NCBI GenBank assembly: GCA_963726745.1
Contig: CAVSDR010000002.1
Location: 320,001 to 384,000 of the forward strand
Source of the DNA: an uncultured Verrucomicrobiae bacterium
Lineage (GTDB): Bacteria; Verrucomicrobiota; Verrucomicrobiia; Chthoniobacterales; UBA10450
Reading direction: 5' to 3'
DNA length: 64,000 nucleotides
The notes under the pieces were generated by a model. The model had not been told where the DNA came from and did not search any database. It was given only the letters and a program-made list of their open reading frames with translations. This document shows positions 44,712 through 54,712 of this stretch, in pieces. Each line of letters opens with the position of its first letter. Position 1 is the first letter of the stretch. Both the position numbers and the translations under genes were made by a program.

Positions 44712-46261
44712 AGCGCGCGCTTTATTTAGCCATCACTTTGGCCGGCTTGCTGTCGTTAGGCAGCGCCGTCGCGCAAACCCCCGCCGCGCCGAAGGGCCCG
44801 GTCACGGTCCCGACGGTCAAGCCGAAGGAGCTCTCGTTAGTCCGGGTAAACGTCACCGGCCAGCCCTACGATTACCAGCGCCCGTGGCAGAAGAAGGCGC
44901 CCTTCTCGAAGCGCGCCCTCGGCGCCGTCTTGAGCAAAGGCCGCGTGCTCGTGACCGCCGACCTGGTGGCGAACCAAAACTACGTCGAACTCGAGCGCGC
45001 CGAGACTGGCGAGAAAACCGGGGCCGACGTGGTCGTGATCGACTACGAGGCCAACCTCGCGCTCCTCCAGCCGAGCGATAAGAAATTCCTCGATGGCCTC
45101 ACGCCCTTGCAGCTCGCACTCGACACCGTGGTCGGCGATCACCTCGCGGCGATGCAGCTCGAGCCGACTGGCGCGCTCGTGATTACCGACGGCCTGGTCA
45201 CGACCATCCAGATGACGCGCTACCCGGCCGACCTGGGGCAATTCCTCACCTACCGCATCAGCATGACGATGCAGTATCGGGACAACAGCTACACCATCCC
45301 GCTGGTGAAACAGAACAAGCTCGCCGGCCTGCTGCTGCGTTACGATCCGCGCTCGCAAGTGCTCGATGCGATCCCGGCGCCGATCATTGCGCACTTCTTG
45401 AAAGCCGCCGAGACCACGCCCTACAGCGGTTTCCCTTCCGCCGGCTTCGGCTTCTTCCCGACGCGCGATCCGCAACTGCGGAAGTACGCCGGGCAAACCG
45501 GGAAAGCCGCCGGCGTTTACGTGATGAGCATCGATCCGCGCATGCCTGCGGCACAGGCCGGGATGCAGGTGGGCGACATCATCACGAACGTCGCCGGGAA
45601 CGAGATCGACCAGAACGGCAACTACGTCGACCCGCTCTACGGCAAGATCGAGTTTACCAATTTACTGACGACGAAATTCTACGCGGGCGACACCGTGCCT
45701 TTCCAGATCCAGCGCGCCGGCAAGCCGCTGGCGCTTAACGTCGTGCTCGCGCATCGCGCCGCGGACGATTACGTGATCCCGCCGTATAACGATGGCGGCC
45801 CGCCCTCCTATTACGTTCTTGGCGGCCTGATCTTCCAGGAACTTAGCCGGCAATATCTCAAGGAATGGGGCACCAACTGGCAGAAGGAAGCGCCGCAAAG
45901 ATTCGTCTACATGGATCGTTTTCAGTCCGAGCTCTTCCCGGAAGGAAAGCGGCGGGTCGTTATTCTGAGCCAGGTGCTGCCGGCGAACAGCACCATCGGA
46001 TACGACGAACTGGCTTACCTCACGGTCAAGACGGTCAACGGCCGCGAGATCAAATCGCTGCGTGATTTAGCCGACGCCGTGGGCCATCCCCTGGAAGGTG
46101 GTTTCATCAAGATCGAGACCGAGGAAGATCCGAAACAGCTCGAGCTCGACCTCGCGCAAGTGGCCGAGGAAGCGCCCATGCTCCAGCAAAACTACGGACT
46201 CCCTGCCCTTGGCCGCCTCGACGACGAAATGGCCACGCCCGCATCCAGTCCGGCGCCCTAA
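44708..46261 (+). CDS. Deg2-type protease paralog with degenerate catalytic triad, PDZ domains
   Basis: Colinear with the upstream gene, but TADLV, EANLAL and RDNSYT replace the triad motifs; YYVLGGLIFQE retained. Confidence 0.8.
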   Translation: MKRALYLAITLAGLLSLGSAVAQTPAAPKGPVTVPTVKPKELSLVRVNVTGQPYDYQRPWQKKAPFSKRALGAVLSKGRVLVTADLVANQNYVELERAETGEKTGADVVVIDYEANLALLQPSDKKFLDGLTPLQLALDTVVGDHLAAMQLEPTGALVITDGLVTTIQMTRYPADLGQFLTYRISMTMQYRDNSYTIPLVKQNKLAGLLLRYDPRSQVLDAIPAPIIAHFLKAAETTPYSGFPSAGFGFFPTRDPQLRKYAGQTGKAAGVYVMSIDPRMPAAQAGMQVGDIITNVAGNEIDQNGNYVDPLYGKIEFTNLLTTKFYAGDTVPFQIQRAGKPLALNVVLAHRAADDYVIPPYNDGGPPSYYVLGGLIFQELSRQYLKEWGTNWQKEAPQRFVYMDRFQSELFPEGKRRVVILSQVLPANSTIGYDELAYLTVKTVNGREIKSLRDLADAVGHPLEGGFIKIETEEDPKQLELDLAQVAEEAPMLQQNYGLPALGRLDDEMATPASSPAP

Positions 46262-46272
46262 CGAGCGGTCCC

Positions 46273-47692
46273 TTATTTGTTGGTCGAGGGCCGCGGCAGC
46301 GCCAGGAAATCCGCCACTTCCTGTTCGTAGGTCTGTAGTGGGTCACCCATCAGCAAGAAGTCCCGTCCTTCGCAGGCGACGGAATCCCAATTGATCACGT
46401 AGGGCTGCCGCCGCGCCTGAAACCATTCCACCGCGCGCGCCCGGCCGGCCGCGCGCGTATCCGCCGGCGGCGTCCGCATCGCTTCCGGCCGCTGCACGCT
46501 ATGGTTCCATTCGCCGATGCGCTTGGCCGCGGGCACGCCGAAGAAGAGCCCCTTCGCGCGGTCAATGTTATGATACTCGAGGTCGAGACTCTGCAGCCAT
46601 GGGTCGTCCCAACCGATCTTTTCCTCCTCCATGAAGGTTTCCAGGAGCCATTTTTTCGTGACCCAATCGACCCCGCCGATGAGCGCCTCCGGTTTATTAG
46701 CCAGCGCGTCGAGGGTGAAGCGCCAGCTTTCCAGCAACCAGTCGGTTTCCTCGTTTTGTCCGCCGAGATGCTGCTGCGCGAGCTGCTGGAAGCGCCACTG
46801 CAAGTCGAGGCTGCCGATTGTCTGGCCGTTCTCGAGTTGCACCAGCCAGGTCTGGGTGGGGTCGCGCGAGATTTCGCGCGTGCTCTGCACCGCATCGAGC
46901 AGGCTCCAGTTTTCCGTAAGCAGATTTTGCTCGAGCAAAGTCAGGATGCAGACGGTGGTCCCGAGCTTCAGCGCGGTCGCAAAGGGGCTCATGTTCGAGT
47001 CACCGATGAGCAGGTGGAGCCGGCGATATTTCCGGTAATCGGCCAGCGGCTCGTCGCGCGCGTTAATGATCGCGCGGTTGAACTGCACCCACTGGTAGAT
47101 GTCGTTTACGATGTGGTCAGCGCGCTGGCTAATCTGGAATGGGATCGGGGCTTCGGACGGTGGCGCCTCGAAATCAAAGGCCAGCGGATTTGCCTGCCCC
47201 ACGCGTCCGGCGCCGGTGATAAATCTGGCGCGTGGCCAGGAAAGCGAGCAGCGTCCCAAGGACCGGCGGGGTGAAATGCGCCTCGCGTTTCATGAGGTAA
47301 TTCTCGTGGCAGCCGAAAGTCGCCCCGGTGTGGTGATCGACGTTGTTTTTGATGAACGAGACCTCGCCGGCCGCGCCCATCGCCTCGAGGGCGGATTGCA
47401 GGAGCTGGTCGCCGGCGAGGTCGTAGGCGACGGCGTCGCGCAGGGTGCGGCACTCTGGCGACGCGTATTCGAGGTGCCCCATGTCGAGGTAAATGCGGCC
47501 GCCGTTGAGCAGGAAGCCACCATTGCCAGGCGGCTCCTCGTAGTCGCGATAATGCAGATCGAGCGCGCCCACGCGGGCCTGGCGAAAAAGATGGTTTTTC
47601 ACCCGCACCGGCCAGCTCTCCGTGCCGGCCGTGGCTTGCGGGCCGCTCACCAGGCAGCCGTATTCCGTCTCCAGCCCCACGATTCGATCCAT
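46273..47692 (-). CDS. Pup-ligase/deamidase (PafA/Dop) family protein; one frameshift near 47220
   Basis: RIVGLETEYG, NGGRIYLDMGHLEYASPEC, KNNVD..FGCHENYL, FLATRQI.TGAG, SQRADH, RAIINARDEP, YRRLHLLIGDSNM, IDWVTK-like VDWVTKK, DLEYH, TRA..R. Confidence 0.9.
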
Positions 47693-47784
47693 CGCCGCGT
47701 AGCATCCGCCGCGAGGCCCACGGGGACAAGCGCCTAACGAATCAAGGCTTGAAACCCGTGCGGGAATTTCACAACTTTCCCCCG

Positions 47785-48238
47785 ATGAACCGCCTACCGG
47801 TCCGCAGCCCCGCAGCGAAAGTGCAAGGCCTGGCCTACTTCGGACGCATGCTCGACAAAATCAAAGCCCAGGCGCAGGGACAGCTCCCGCCCGATTACCA
47901 GGCGAACCTCGGGAAAGGTTTCGACGCGCGGTGTGTGCGCTTTCTGCGGGTCGACTACCGCGCAATTAGTCGAGCGCGTGCGCCAGGGCGGGAGCGACGA
48001 AGAGATTCTCGAATGGTGCTTCGCCAAAGGGCGCCGGCCGGAAGAGGACGAGGTCTTCATCTGGAACGAATACATGCGCAAGGTCGGCTGGAACGACGAT
48101 ACCACCGAGGTGCTCATCCGGCGGAAGAAGGAAGCGGGTATGGCCGGGCGCTCGGAGATCCGGACGATGTTTGAGTTCATCGACGTGGACGAGGGCCGCT
48201 CGCTGCCCGACGCGCTTGGTTTCGAGCGCAAAGCCTGA
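47785..48238 (+). CDS. DUF5069-like protein; one frameshift near 47960
   Basis: RSP..KVQGLAYFGRMLDKI..LPPDY..GKGFDARCVRFL, then DEEILEW..WNEYM..TMFEFIDVDEGR. Confidence 0.75.
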
Positions 48239-48253
48239 GGCTGAAAGCGCTGG

Positions 48254-48400
48254 CTAATTTCTCTGCGGCCGCGCCCGCGGCGTGCCTAACGGATGCTCGC
48301 GCTCCGGCGGCAGCGGCGGCTGGCTGCGGTATTCGATCAAAGCCCAGGCGCCCAGGACGATGAGGAAAGCCGCCAGCGCCGCGAGGAGAATTCGCACCAT
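48254..48400 (-). CDS. Small single-TM protein (48 aa)
   Basis: MVRILLAALAAFLIVLGAWALIEYRSQPPLPPEREHPLGTPRARPQRN*; not in the ORF track. Confidence 0.45.
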   Translation of the reverse strand: MVRILLAALAAFLIVLGAWALIEYRSQPPLPPEREHPLGTPRARPQRN

Positions 48401-48439
48401 GGTCGGGCGGACTTCTCCGGGCGGAGGCGACACGGACCG

Positions 48440-48724
48440 TTACTCCGAGAGGGTGTCGATGCGCTCGGCCAGCGCAAAGTCGAGATCGGTCAGGCCGCCT
48501 TTGCTGTGCGTGCTCAAGACCAGGCGCACCTTGTTGTAACGGATGTCGATATCCGGGTGGTGCTCTTCTTCCTCGGAAACTTCCGAGACCGCATTCACAA
48601 AATCGACCGCTTCGGTGAAGTCATCGAACTCGAAAGTCCGCTCGATGTGTTTCTTCTCCAGCTCCCATTCCGGGACCTTTTTCAGGCGGGTTTTCAGTTG
48701 GTCCGCTTTGATCAGCTCAGCCAT
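48440..48724 (-). CDS. phhB: Pterin-4-alpha-carbinolamine dehydratase
   Basis: IERTFEFDDF.EAVDFVN, HHPDIDIRY, LSTHSKGGLT.LDF.LA. Confidence 0.92.
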   Translation of the reverse strand: MAELIKADQLKTRLKKVPEWELEKKHIERTFEFDDFTEAVDFVNAVSEVSEEEEHHPDIDIRYNKVRLVLSTHSKGGLTDLDFALAERIDTLSE

Positions 48725-48920
48725 AACGTCTGGACGCTTAACACCCCGGGAGGCTTTTGCAATGGGGAATGCGGCGATGTGTTTCGCGTCAAAACCACGG
48801 CGCATCCACCATCGCCGCGCGCGCGTAAAGGCAGATCCAGCACCGCTTTCCGCGCCGGAAAATTTCGCGTGCGCACGCGGTTGACGCCCTGCCCTTCCTC
48901 CGCAGATTAACGGCTCTCTA

Positions 48921-48994
48921 GCGCCCGTAGCTCAACTGGATAGAGCATCTGACTACGGATCAGAAGGTTTGAGGTTCGAATCCTCACGGGCGCG
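48921..48994 (+). tRNA. tRNA-Arg (anticodon ACG), CCA not encoded
   Basis: GCGCCCG/CGGGCGC acceptor stem, GCTC/GAGC D-arm, TCTGA-CTACGGA-TCAGA anticodon arm (ACG 48955-48957), TGAGG-TTCGAAT-CCTCA T-arm; TTGACG at 48881 upstream. Confidence 0.97.
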
Positions 48995-49031
48995 CGACTT
49001 TCGCCGCCGCGCGCCCCGAAGTCCTTTCCTC

Positions 49032-49247
49032 CTAGCGTCCGTGCGACACGCTGATCGAGGGATCTTGCGCTGCGAGTGCCTCCGCCGTCGTCGGCCGCCC
49101 GCGTTTCGCCAGCTCCTCGGCCGAGTAAACTTTCTTCTCGGTCGTATAGGTGGGTGTCGTCGAAGCCTGCGGCGTAGTGGAGCAACCGCTCAAGACCGGT
49201 AGCGCCAATCCGAGCAAAAGCAGACCTGTGTTCGCGATGGTTTTCAT
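49032..49247 (-). CDS. Small lipoprotein (71 aa)
   Basis: MKTIANTGLLLLGLALPVLSGC lipobox; TATATT 5 nt upstream of the ATG. Confidence 0.7.
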   Translation of the reverse strand: MKTIANTGLLLLGLALPVLSGCSTTPQASTTPTYTTEKKVYSAEELAKRGRPTTAEALAAQDPSISVSHGR

Positions 49248-49343
49248 ACTGGAATATACGCTCAAGTGGATGCCTGTGCGCGTGCTTCCTTGCGCTGCGA
49301 ATGCCTGCTTGTCGCCCCGCCAAGCATCCGCTAGAGAATTCGC

Positions 49344-49538
49344 ATGCTCGAAGATGAAGGCGATTTGAAGTTTGTCCGTCACGCGACCGCGGAGCTCGCT
49401 ATCTCTTTCACCGATGCGCGCGATCACAATCTCCATGCCGCTTTCAATGGCCTGGTCGAGGCGATTGAGTCCGACCGCCGCCGCCTGCGCGCGCTCGAAG
49501 AGGAAGTGCGCGCGCTGCGCGACCGGGCCGCTAGTTAG
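49344..49538 (+). CDS. Small hypothetical helical protein (64 aa)
   Basis: ATG ORF with a coiled-coil-like C-terminus filling the gap before the helicase. Confidence 0.5.
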   Translation: MLEDEGDLKFVRHATAELAISFTDARDHNLHAAFNGLVEAIESDRRRLRALEEEVRALRDRAAS

Positions 49539-49580
49539 GCGCTCGCCAAGGCGGCGTTCCCGCGCAGAGTAGCGGCCCCG

Positions 49581-51591
49581 ATGGCCCGCTTCCGTCTCTC
49601 CGACCTCAACGAACCGCAGCGCCAGGCGGCCACCACCACCGAAGGTCCTTTGCTCATTCTCGCCGGGGCCGGCACCGGCAAGACGCGCGTCATCACCGTG
49701 CGCGTCGCTTACCTGATCGAACGCGGGGTCGAGCCGGGCTCGATTTTAGCCGTCACTTTCACCAACAAGGCCGCGAGCGAAATGCGCGAGCGCCTCGGCA
49801 AAATGATCGCGGCGGACGCGGCCAAGGAAGTGACGATGTCGACCTTCCACGCGCTTTGCCTGCGCATCCTGCGCGCCGGGATCGATCGCCTGGGCTACAA
49901 GAATAACTTCAGCATCTACGACGAGGGCGACCAGCTCGGGATGATCAAGAAGATCATCACCCGGACCGCGGCCAAGGACGAAAAGCTCGATCCGAACGTC
50001 GCCAAGGCTGCGATCAGCAAGGCGAAAAACAACGGCTGGGCCCCGCCGGCCGATGAAGAGACGCTTCTTGGCGCGGTCTTCCGTCGCTACTGCGCCGAAT
50101 TGAAAACCGCCAACGCGGTCGACTTCGACGACCTCCTGCTCCTGACGGTGAAGCTGCTCAACGAGCATCCGGACGTCCGCGGCGCGCTGGCAGGAGAAAT
50201 TTCGCTACCTGATGGTCGACGAGTTCCAGGACACGAACAAACTCCAGCTCGAGCTGGTGCGTTTGCTCGCGGACGAGAAGAAGAACGTCGCCGTCGTGGG
50301 CGACGACGATCAGTCGATCTATGGATGGCGCGGCGCGGAAGTGGCGAACATTCTCGAGTTCGAGCAGCACTTCCCCAATCCCACGGTGGTGCGGCTGGAG
50401 CAGAATTACCGCAGCACCAACAGCATCCTCAACACCGCCAATTCGCTGATTAAAAACAACCCGCGCCGCCGGCCGAAGCAGCTTTGGAGCGCGAGCGGCC
50501 TGGGCGAAAAGGTGCGCTTGATCGAGGCGCCGGACGATCGCGAGGAAGGCCAGTTCATCGCCGAGGAAATTCAGCGAAAACACCAGGACAACAACGAGCC
50601 CTGGGAGAGTTTTGCCGTCCTCTTCCGGATGAACGCGCAGTCGCGCATCCTCGAGGAAAACCTCCGGCGCCTGCAGATCCCCTACCGCATCATCGGCGGG
50701 AAAAGTTTCTTCGACCGGCGCGAGATCAAGGACCTCATCGCCTACATGAGCGTGCTGGCTAATCCGGACGATGACGCCAATCTCCTGCGGATCATCAACA
50801 CCCCCGCGCGCGGGATTAGCCCCGCGACCGTGAGCCAGGCGTTGCATTGGAGCGTGCAGCAAAAGACCAGCCTCTGGCAGGCGCTCCAGTCCTCCGCGCT
50901 CCACGAAACGTTAAGCGCACGCACCGTCGGCGCGATCCAGGCTTTCGTGGAATTCGTCGATACCTACGAGACGCGCGTTTCTCAGCCGCTCAGCAATCCT
51001 TCCGCGGTCATCACCGAGATGCTCAAGGAGATCGAATACGCCGCGGAGCTGAGCCGCAGCTGCAAATCGGCCGAGGAAACGAGCGCGCGGGAAAACAACC
51101 TCTTCGACATGCTCCGCGACCTCGCAGAGTTCAACGACCGCTCGACCAAAGGCCTGCGTGGGTTTTTGGACGAGGTCTCGTTAGACCAGGAGCGCGAGGA
51201 GGACAAGCAGGACGACATCGAAAAGAAAAAAGGCGTCACCCTGATCACGATGCACGCAGCCAAGGGCCTGGAGTTTGGCCACGTCTACCTCATCGGCTTG
51301 GAGGAAGGAGTTCTCCCGCACGACCGCTCGAAAACCGAAGGCACGGTCGATGAAGAACGCCGGCTGCTTTACGTCGGGATCACCCGCGCGCGCCGCACGC
51401 TCACGCTCACGCATTGCCGCACACGGATGAAATACGGCAGCGTCAGCTCCTGCACCCCGAGCTCGTTCATCAAGGAACTCGCGCCGGATTATCTCGAGCG
51501 GGTCGATTTGAAGAAGTTGCTGACTACGCCGGTGGAGACGAACACCGGCAAGAGTCGCTTTGCGCAAATGCGCGCCGCGCTCGGCGGCTAG
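49581..51591 (+). CDS. uvrD: UvrD/PcrA/Rep superfamily 1 DNA helicase; one frameshift near 50180
   Basis: LAGAGTGKT, VTFTNKAA.EMRER, STFH; then VDEFQDTN, VGDDDQSIYGWRGA, LEQNYRS, TMHAAKGLEF, EERRLLYVGITRA. Confidence 0.93.
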
Positions 51592-52529
51592 GGCTCGCGG
51601 AAACCGATCCGCTCGCGCACGAAGTAAAGCGGTCGCTGCTTCACCTCGCCGTAGATTCGGCCGACGTATTCGCCGATGATGCCTAACGAGATCAACTGCA
51701 CCCCGCCCATGAAAAGGATGGCGACGAAGAGCGAGGCCCAGCCGCGCACCCAATGTGTCGGGTCCGCGAAAAGCCGGAGCAGGATCGCGTAGGTAATCCC
51801 CAGGAAAGCCAGCGCCAGCGCAACGAAGCCGGCCCAGACCGCCAGCCGCAAAGGCGCGAAGGAAAACGAAAAGATCGCGTCTGCCGCCAGCCGGAGCATC
51901 CGCACCAGCGGATATTTCGTGGTCCCGTTGAGCCGCGGTTCGCGCCGGTAAGGCACCGCGACCTGGCGGAAGCCGACCCAGCTGACCATCCCGCGCAGGA
52001 AACGGTCCCGCTCCGGCATGCGCAGGAGCGCCTGGACGACCTCGCGATCGAGCAGGCGGAAATCGCCGGTGTCGTTAGGCAAGGCGAGGGTCGAGAGCCG
52101 GCCGGCTACGCGATAGAAAGCGGCCGCGCTTCCCCGCTTGAAGACGGTCTCGGCCGGCCGGGCTTCCCGCTGGCCATAGGCCACCTGGTAGCCTTCGAGC
52201 CAGCGGGCATACATCTGCACGATCACTTCTGGCGGATCCTGCAGGTCGGCATCCATCAGCACCACGGCCTCGCCGGCCGCGTGCTCCAGCCCCGCGGTCA
52301 GCGCCACTTGATGACCAAAGTTCCGCGAAAGCCGCAGGCAACGCACCCGCCGGTCGGTCTCGCACAGCTGCTGGAGCAGGCGCGGTGTTTCATCCGTGCT
52401 CCCATCGTCGACGAAGAGGAATTCGAACTCTTCCTTCGCCAGCTTTTGCGCGAGCGCATCGAGCCGCTGATGCAACTCCGGAAGCACCGCGGCTTCGTTG
52501 AAACAGGGAAGGACGATCGAGAGGAGCAT
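51588..52529 (-). CDS. GT2 polyprenol-phosphate glycosyltransferase (GtrB/DPM1-like)
   Basis: SIVLPCFNE, FVDDGSTD, LSRNFGHQ, MDADLQDPP, GDFRLLDR, LGIIGEYVGRIY. Confidence 0.92.
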   Translation of the reverse strand: MLLSIVLPCFNEAAVLPELHQRLDALAQKLAKEEFEFLFVDDGSTDETPRLLQQLCETDRRVRCLRLSRNFGHQVALTAGLEHAAGEAVVLMDADLQDPPEVIVQMYARWLEGYQVAYGQREARPAETVFKRGSAAAFYRVAGRLSTLALPNDTGDFRLLDREVVQALLRMPERDRFLRGMVSWVGFRQVAVPYRREPRLNGTTKYPLVRMLRLAADAIFSFSFAPLRLAVWAGFVALALAFLGITYAILLRLFADPTHWVRGWASLFVAILFMGGVQLISLGIIGEYVGRIYGEVKQRPLYFVRERIGFREP

Positions 52530-52540
52530 GCGTGGTCTCG

Positions 52541-53650
52541 TTAGAAAGCCCAAAGCCCGACCGCAAAGCGAGTCGCATAAAAGGCCATCAACAGGAGCGA
52601 CACGACCGAGAGGAGTTGTCCGACCAGGCGCCGGCCATTGGCCGCGCGCGCCAGGAGCAGGAAAATCGGGAATAACGTAAGCGCATAACGCGGCACGCTC
52701 AGGACGAAACTCGTGCTCGTGAAGAGCAGCCAATTACCCGTCATCCAGACGGAGTAGCTCAGCCGCAGCCGGAACCAGCACCAGATGGTGCAGCCTAGAG
52801 TCAGCAAGATGTAGAGGAACTCCTGCGTGCCTTCGATCGAGTTCACCTCGTCGATCCGGTCCCACACTTCCGCGATCCCGATCCAGGGTGGCGTCAGTTT
52901 TTTGAACCAGACCTCCTCCATGATTGGACTAAAGGCGAAGGCATTGCCGGCAACCCGGTAGTTCACGCCGAGGTAAACCAGGAAGCCGGCCGGGACGAGC
53001 GCGATCCAAAGCCAGCACCAGGAGAATCTCCCCGCGGCGCGGCCTTGCAGGAACGCTTCCGCCGCGAGCACCGGGAGGAGGAGCAGGCCATTCACGCGCG
53101 TGAGCGTCGCGGCCGCGCCAAGCGCGCCGGCGAGCAGCCAGCGATTTCGCCGCGCGGCCAGGAGAGCGCCGAGGGTGCAGGCCAGGAAAAGCGACTCCGT
53201 GTAGGCGATGTGGAGGAAGTAAGCGGTGGGAAAAATTGCCAGGAACCAAACCGCCCGGCGCGCCACCGCCGGGCTCTCATCCAGGGCTGCGAGGTGGCGC
53301 AACAGCATCGCCGCCGCGAACAAGGCGAGCCCGGAAACAACGAAGGCCGCCAGGAGGTAATCGCGCAGGACGAAATGGGCCGCGCGCACCAACCAGGGGT
53401 AGAGCGGGTAGAACACCAGCGAAGCCCGCGCTTCGCCGATTGCCTGGTAGCCTTGCTCCGCCAGGCGCAGGTAGTGGACCGCATCCCAGCGTGTCCAGAC
53501 TTCCAGCACGCCGGGATAGGGACGGTCGCGCGCGGTGAAAACCTGCACGCCCAGGTAAAGCAGCATCGCCTTCACTCCGAGCAGCAGCGCCACCGTCTCC
53601 CAATCCCAGCCGCGCACCTGCGACCACCACCCCTTCCCCGGATTGTTCAC
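52541..53650 (-). CDS. GT-C membrane mannosyltransferase family (PIG-V-like)
   Basis: WTRWDAVHYLRLAEQGY, VFYPLYP, FPTAYFL..AYTESLFL, TLTRVNG, SVPRY. Confidence 0.85.
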   Translation of the reverse strand: MNNPGKGWWSQVRGWDWETVALLLGVKAMLLYLGVQVFTARDRPYPGVLEVWTRWDAVHYLRLAEQGYQAIGEARASLVFYPLYPWLVRAAHFVLRDYLLAAFVVSGLALFAAAMLLRHLAALDESPAVARRAVWFLAIFPTAYFLHIAYTESLFLACTLGALLAARRNRWLLAGALGAAATLTRVNGLLLLPVLAAEAFLQGRAAGRFSWCWLWIALVPAGFLVYLGVNYRVAGNAFAFSPIMEEVWFKKLTPPWIGIAEVWDRIDEVNSIEGTQEFLYILLTLGCTIWCWFRLRLSYSVWMTGNWLLFTSTSFVLSVPRYALTLFPIFLLLARAANGRRLVGQLLSVVSLLLMAFYATRFAVGLWAF

Positions 53651-53806
53651 CGAGTCGGTAGTAAACGAAGGCGCCCCGGAGCGTCGAGGATTTGCGCGGG
53701 CGCGCGGCGCTCGTCAGGGCGCGACGAAACCCTCTTGCTGCTTGAATAGACAGCGACTTCGCCTGAGAAGATTCTTTGGGTCCGCTGACCCGATTCAGAA
53801 GGAAAG

Positions 53807-54712
53807 ATGAGTCACACTCGATCAATCAGCCTGCGCCGGCTCTTGCAGCAAACCGCGATCGAGTGGTGGAACGACAATACCTTTCGCCTCGCGGCTTCGG
53901 TGGCGTTCTACACCATCTTCTCGCTCGCGCCGGTGCTCCTGATCGCGGTCGGCATTGCCAGCCTTTTTCTGGAACGCGCGGCCGCGGTCGACCAGATCGT
54001 GCGCGAAGTCGAGCGCCTGACCGGCAAGGAAGGGGCCACGGTCGTGCGCCAGGTCCTCGGTTCCGCCGAAGGCCTGGGCCACGGGACCTGGGCGATCGTG
54101 GTCGGCGCGGTCACGTTATTTCTCGGCTCGTCGGTGGTTTTCGCCGAGCTGCAATCCGCGCTCAACCGCATCTGGGATGTGAAAAGCGAGGTGAAGCGCG
54201 GCTTTATCCTCGATCTCGTATTCGACCGGCTGCGCTCTTTCTCGATCGCGCTCACGGTCGGCTTTCTCCTCCTGGTTTCGCTGGCTTTGAGCGCGGCGCT
54301 CAGCGGCCTGCAAGATTACCTTACGCAATGGATGCCGAGCGTCCCGTGGCTCTGGCAGGCGGCGAACAACGGCATCTCCTTCCTCGTCGTGGCCGTTCTC
54401 TTCGCGATGATCTACAAGTATCTCCCCGATGCCGAAATCGAGTGGCGCGATGTCTGGATCGGCGCCGGCGTAACCTCGGTGCTCTTCACGATCGGGAAAT
54501 ATCTCATCGGGATTTACCTCGGGCGGACGGCGGTCGCGAGCAGCTTCGGCGCGGCCGGGTCCTTTGCGGTCCTGCTCATTTGGATTTACTACTCGGCCTT
54601 GATCAGTTTCTTCGGCGCGGAGTTTACCCAGGTCTATTCGCGGCAGCGTGGGGTCCGCATTCAACCAGAAGCGCACGCCGAGCGCGCCGGCAAAAAGAAC
54701 GGCCACTCATGA
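53807..54712 (+). CDS. YihY/BrkB family membrane protein
   Basis: LAASVAFYTIFSLAP, LQSALNRIW, YKYLPD, FGAAGS, LLIWIYYS..FGAEF. Confidence 0.92.
   Translation: MSHTRSISLRRLLQQTAIEWWNDNTFRLAASVAFYTIFSLAPVLLIAVGIASLFLERAAAVDQIVREVERLTGKEGATVVRQVLGSAEGLGHGTWAIVVGAVTLFLGSSVVFAELQSALNRIWDVKSEVKRGFILDLVFDRLRSFSIALTVGFLLLVSLALSAALSGLQDYLTQWMPSVPWLWQAANNGISFLVVAVLFAMIYKYLPDAEIEWRDVWIGAGVTSVLFTIGKYLIGIYLGRTAVASSFGAAGSFAVLLIWIYYSALISFFGAEFTQVYSRQRGVRIQPEAHAERAGKKNGHS

Noticed and set aside
48921..49600. Integrative element at tRNA-Arg
   Set aside because: No integrase, no duplicated tRNA end and no clear compositional shift seen.
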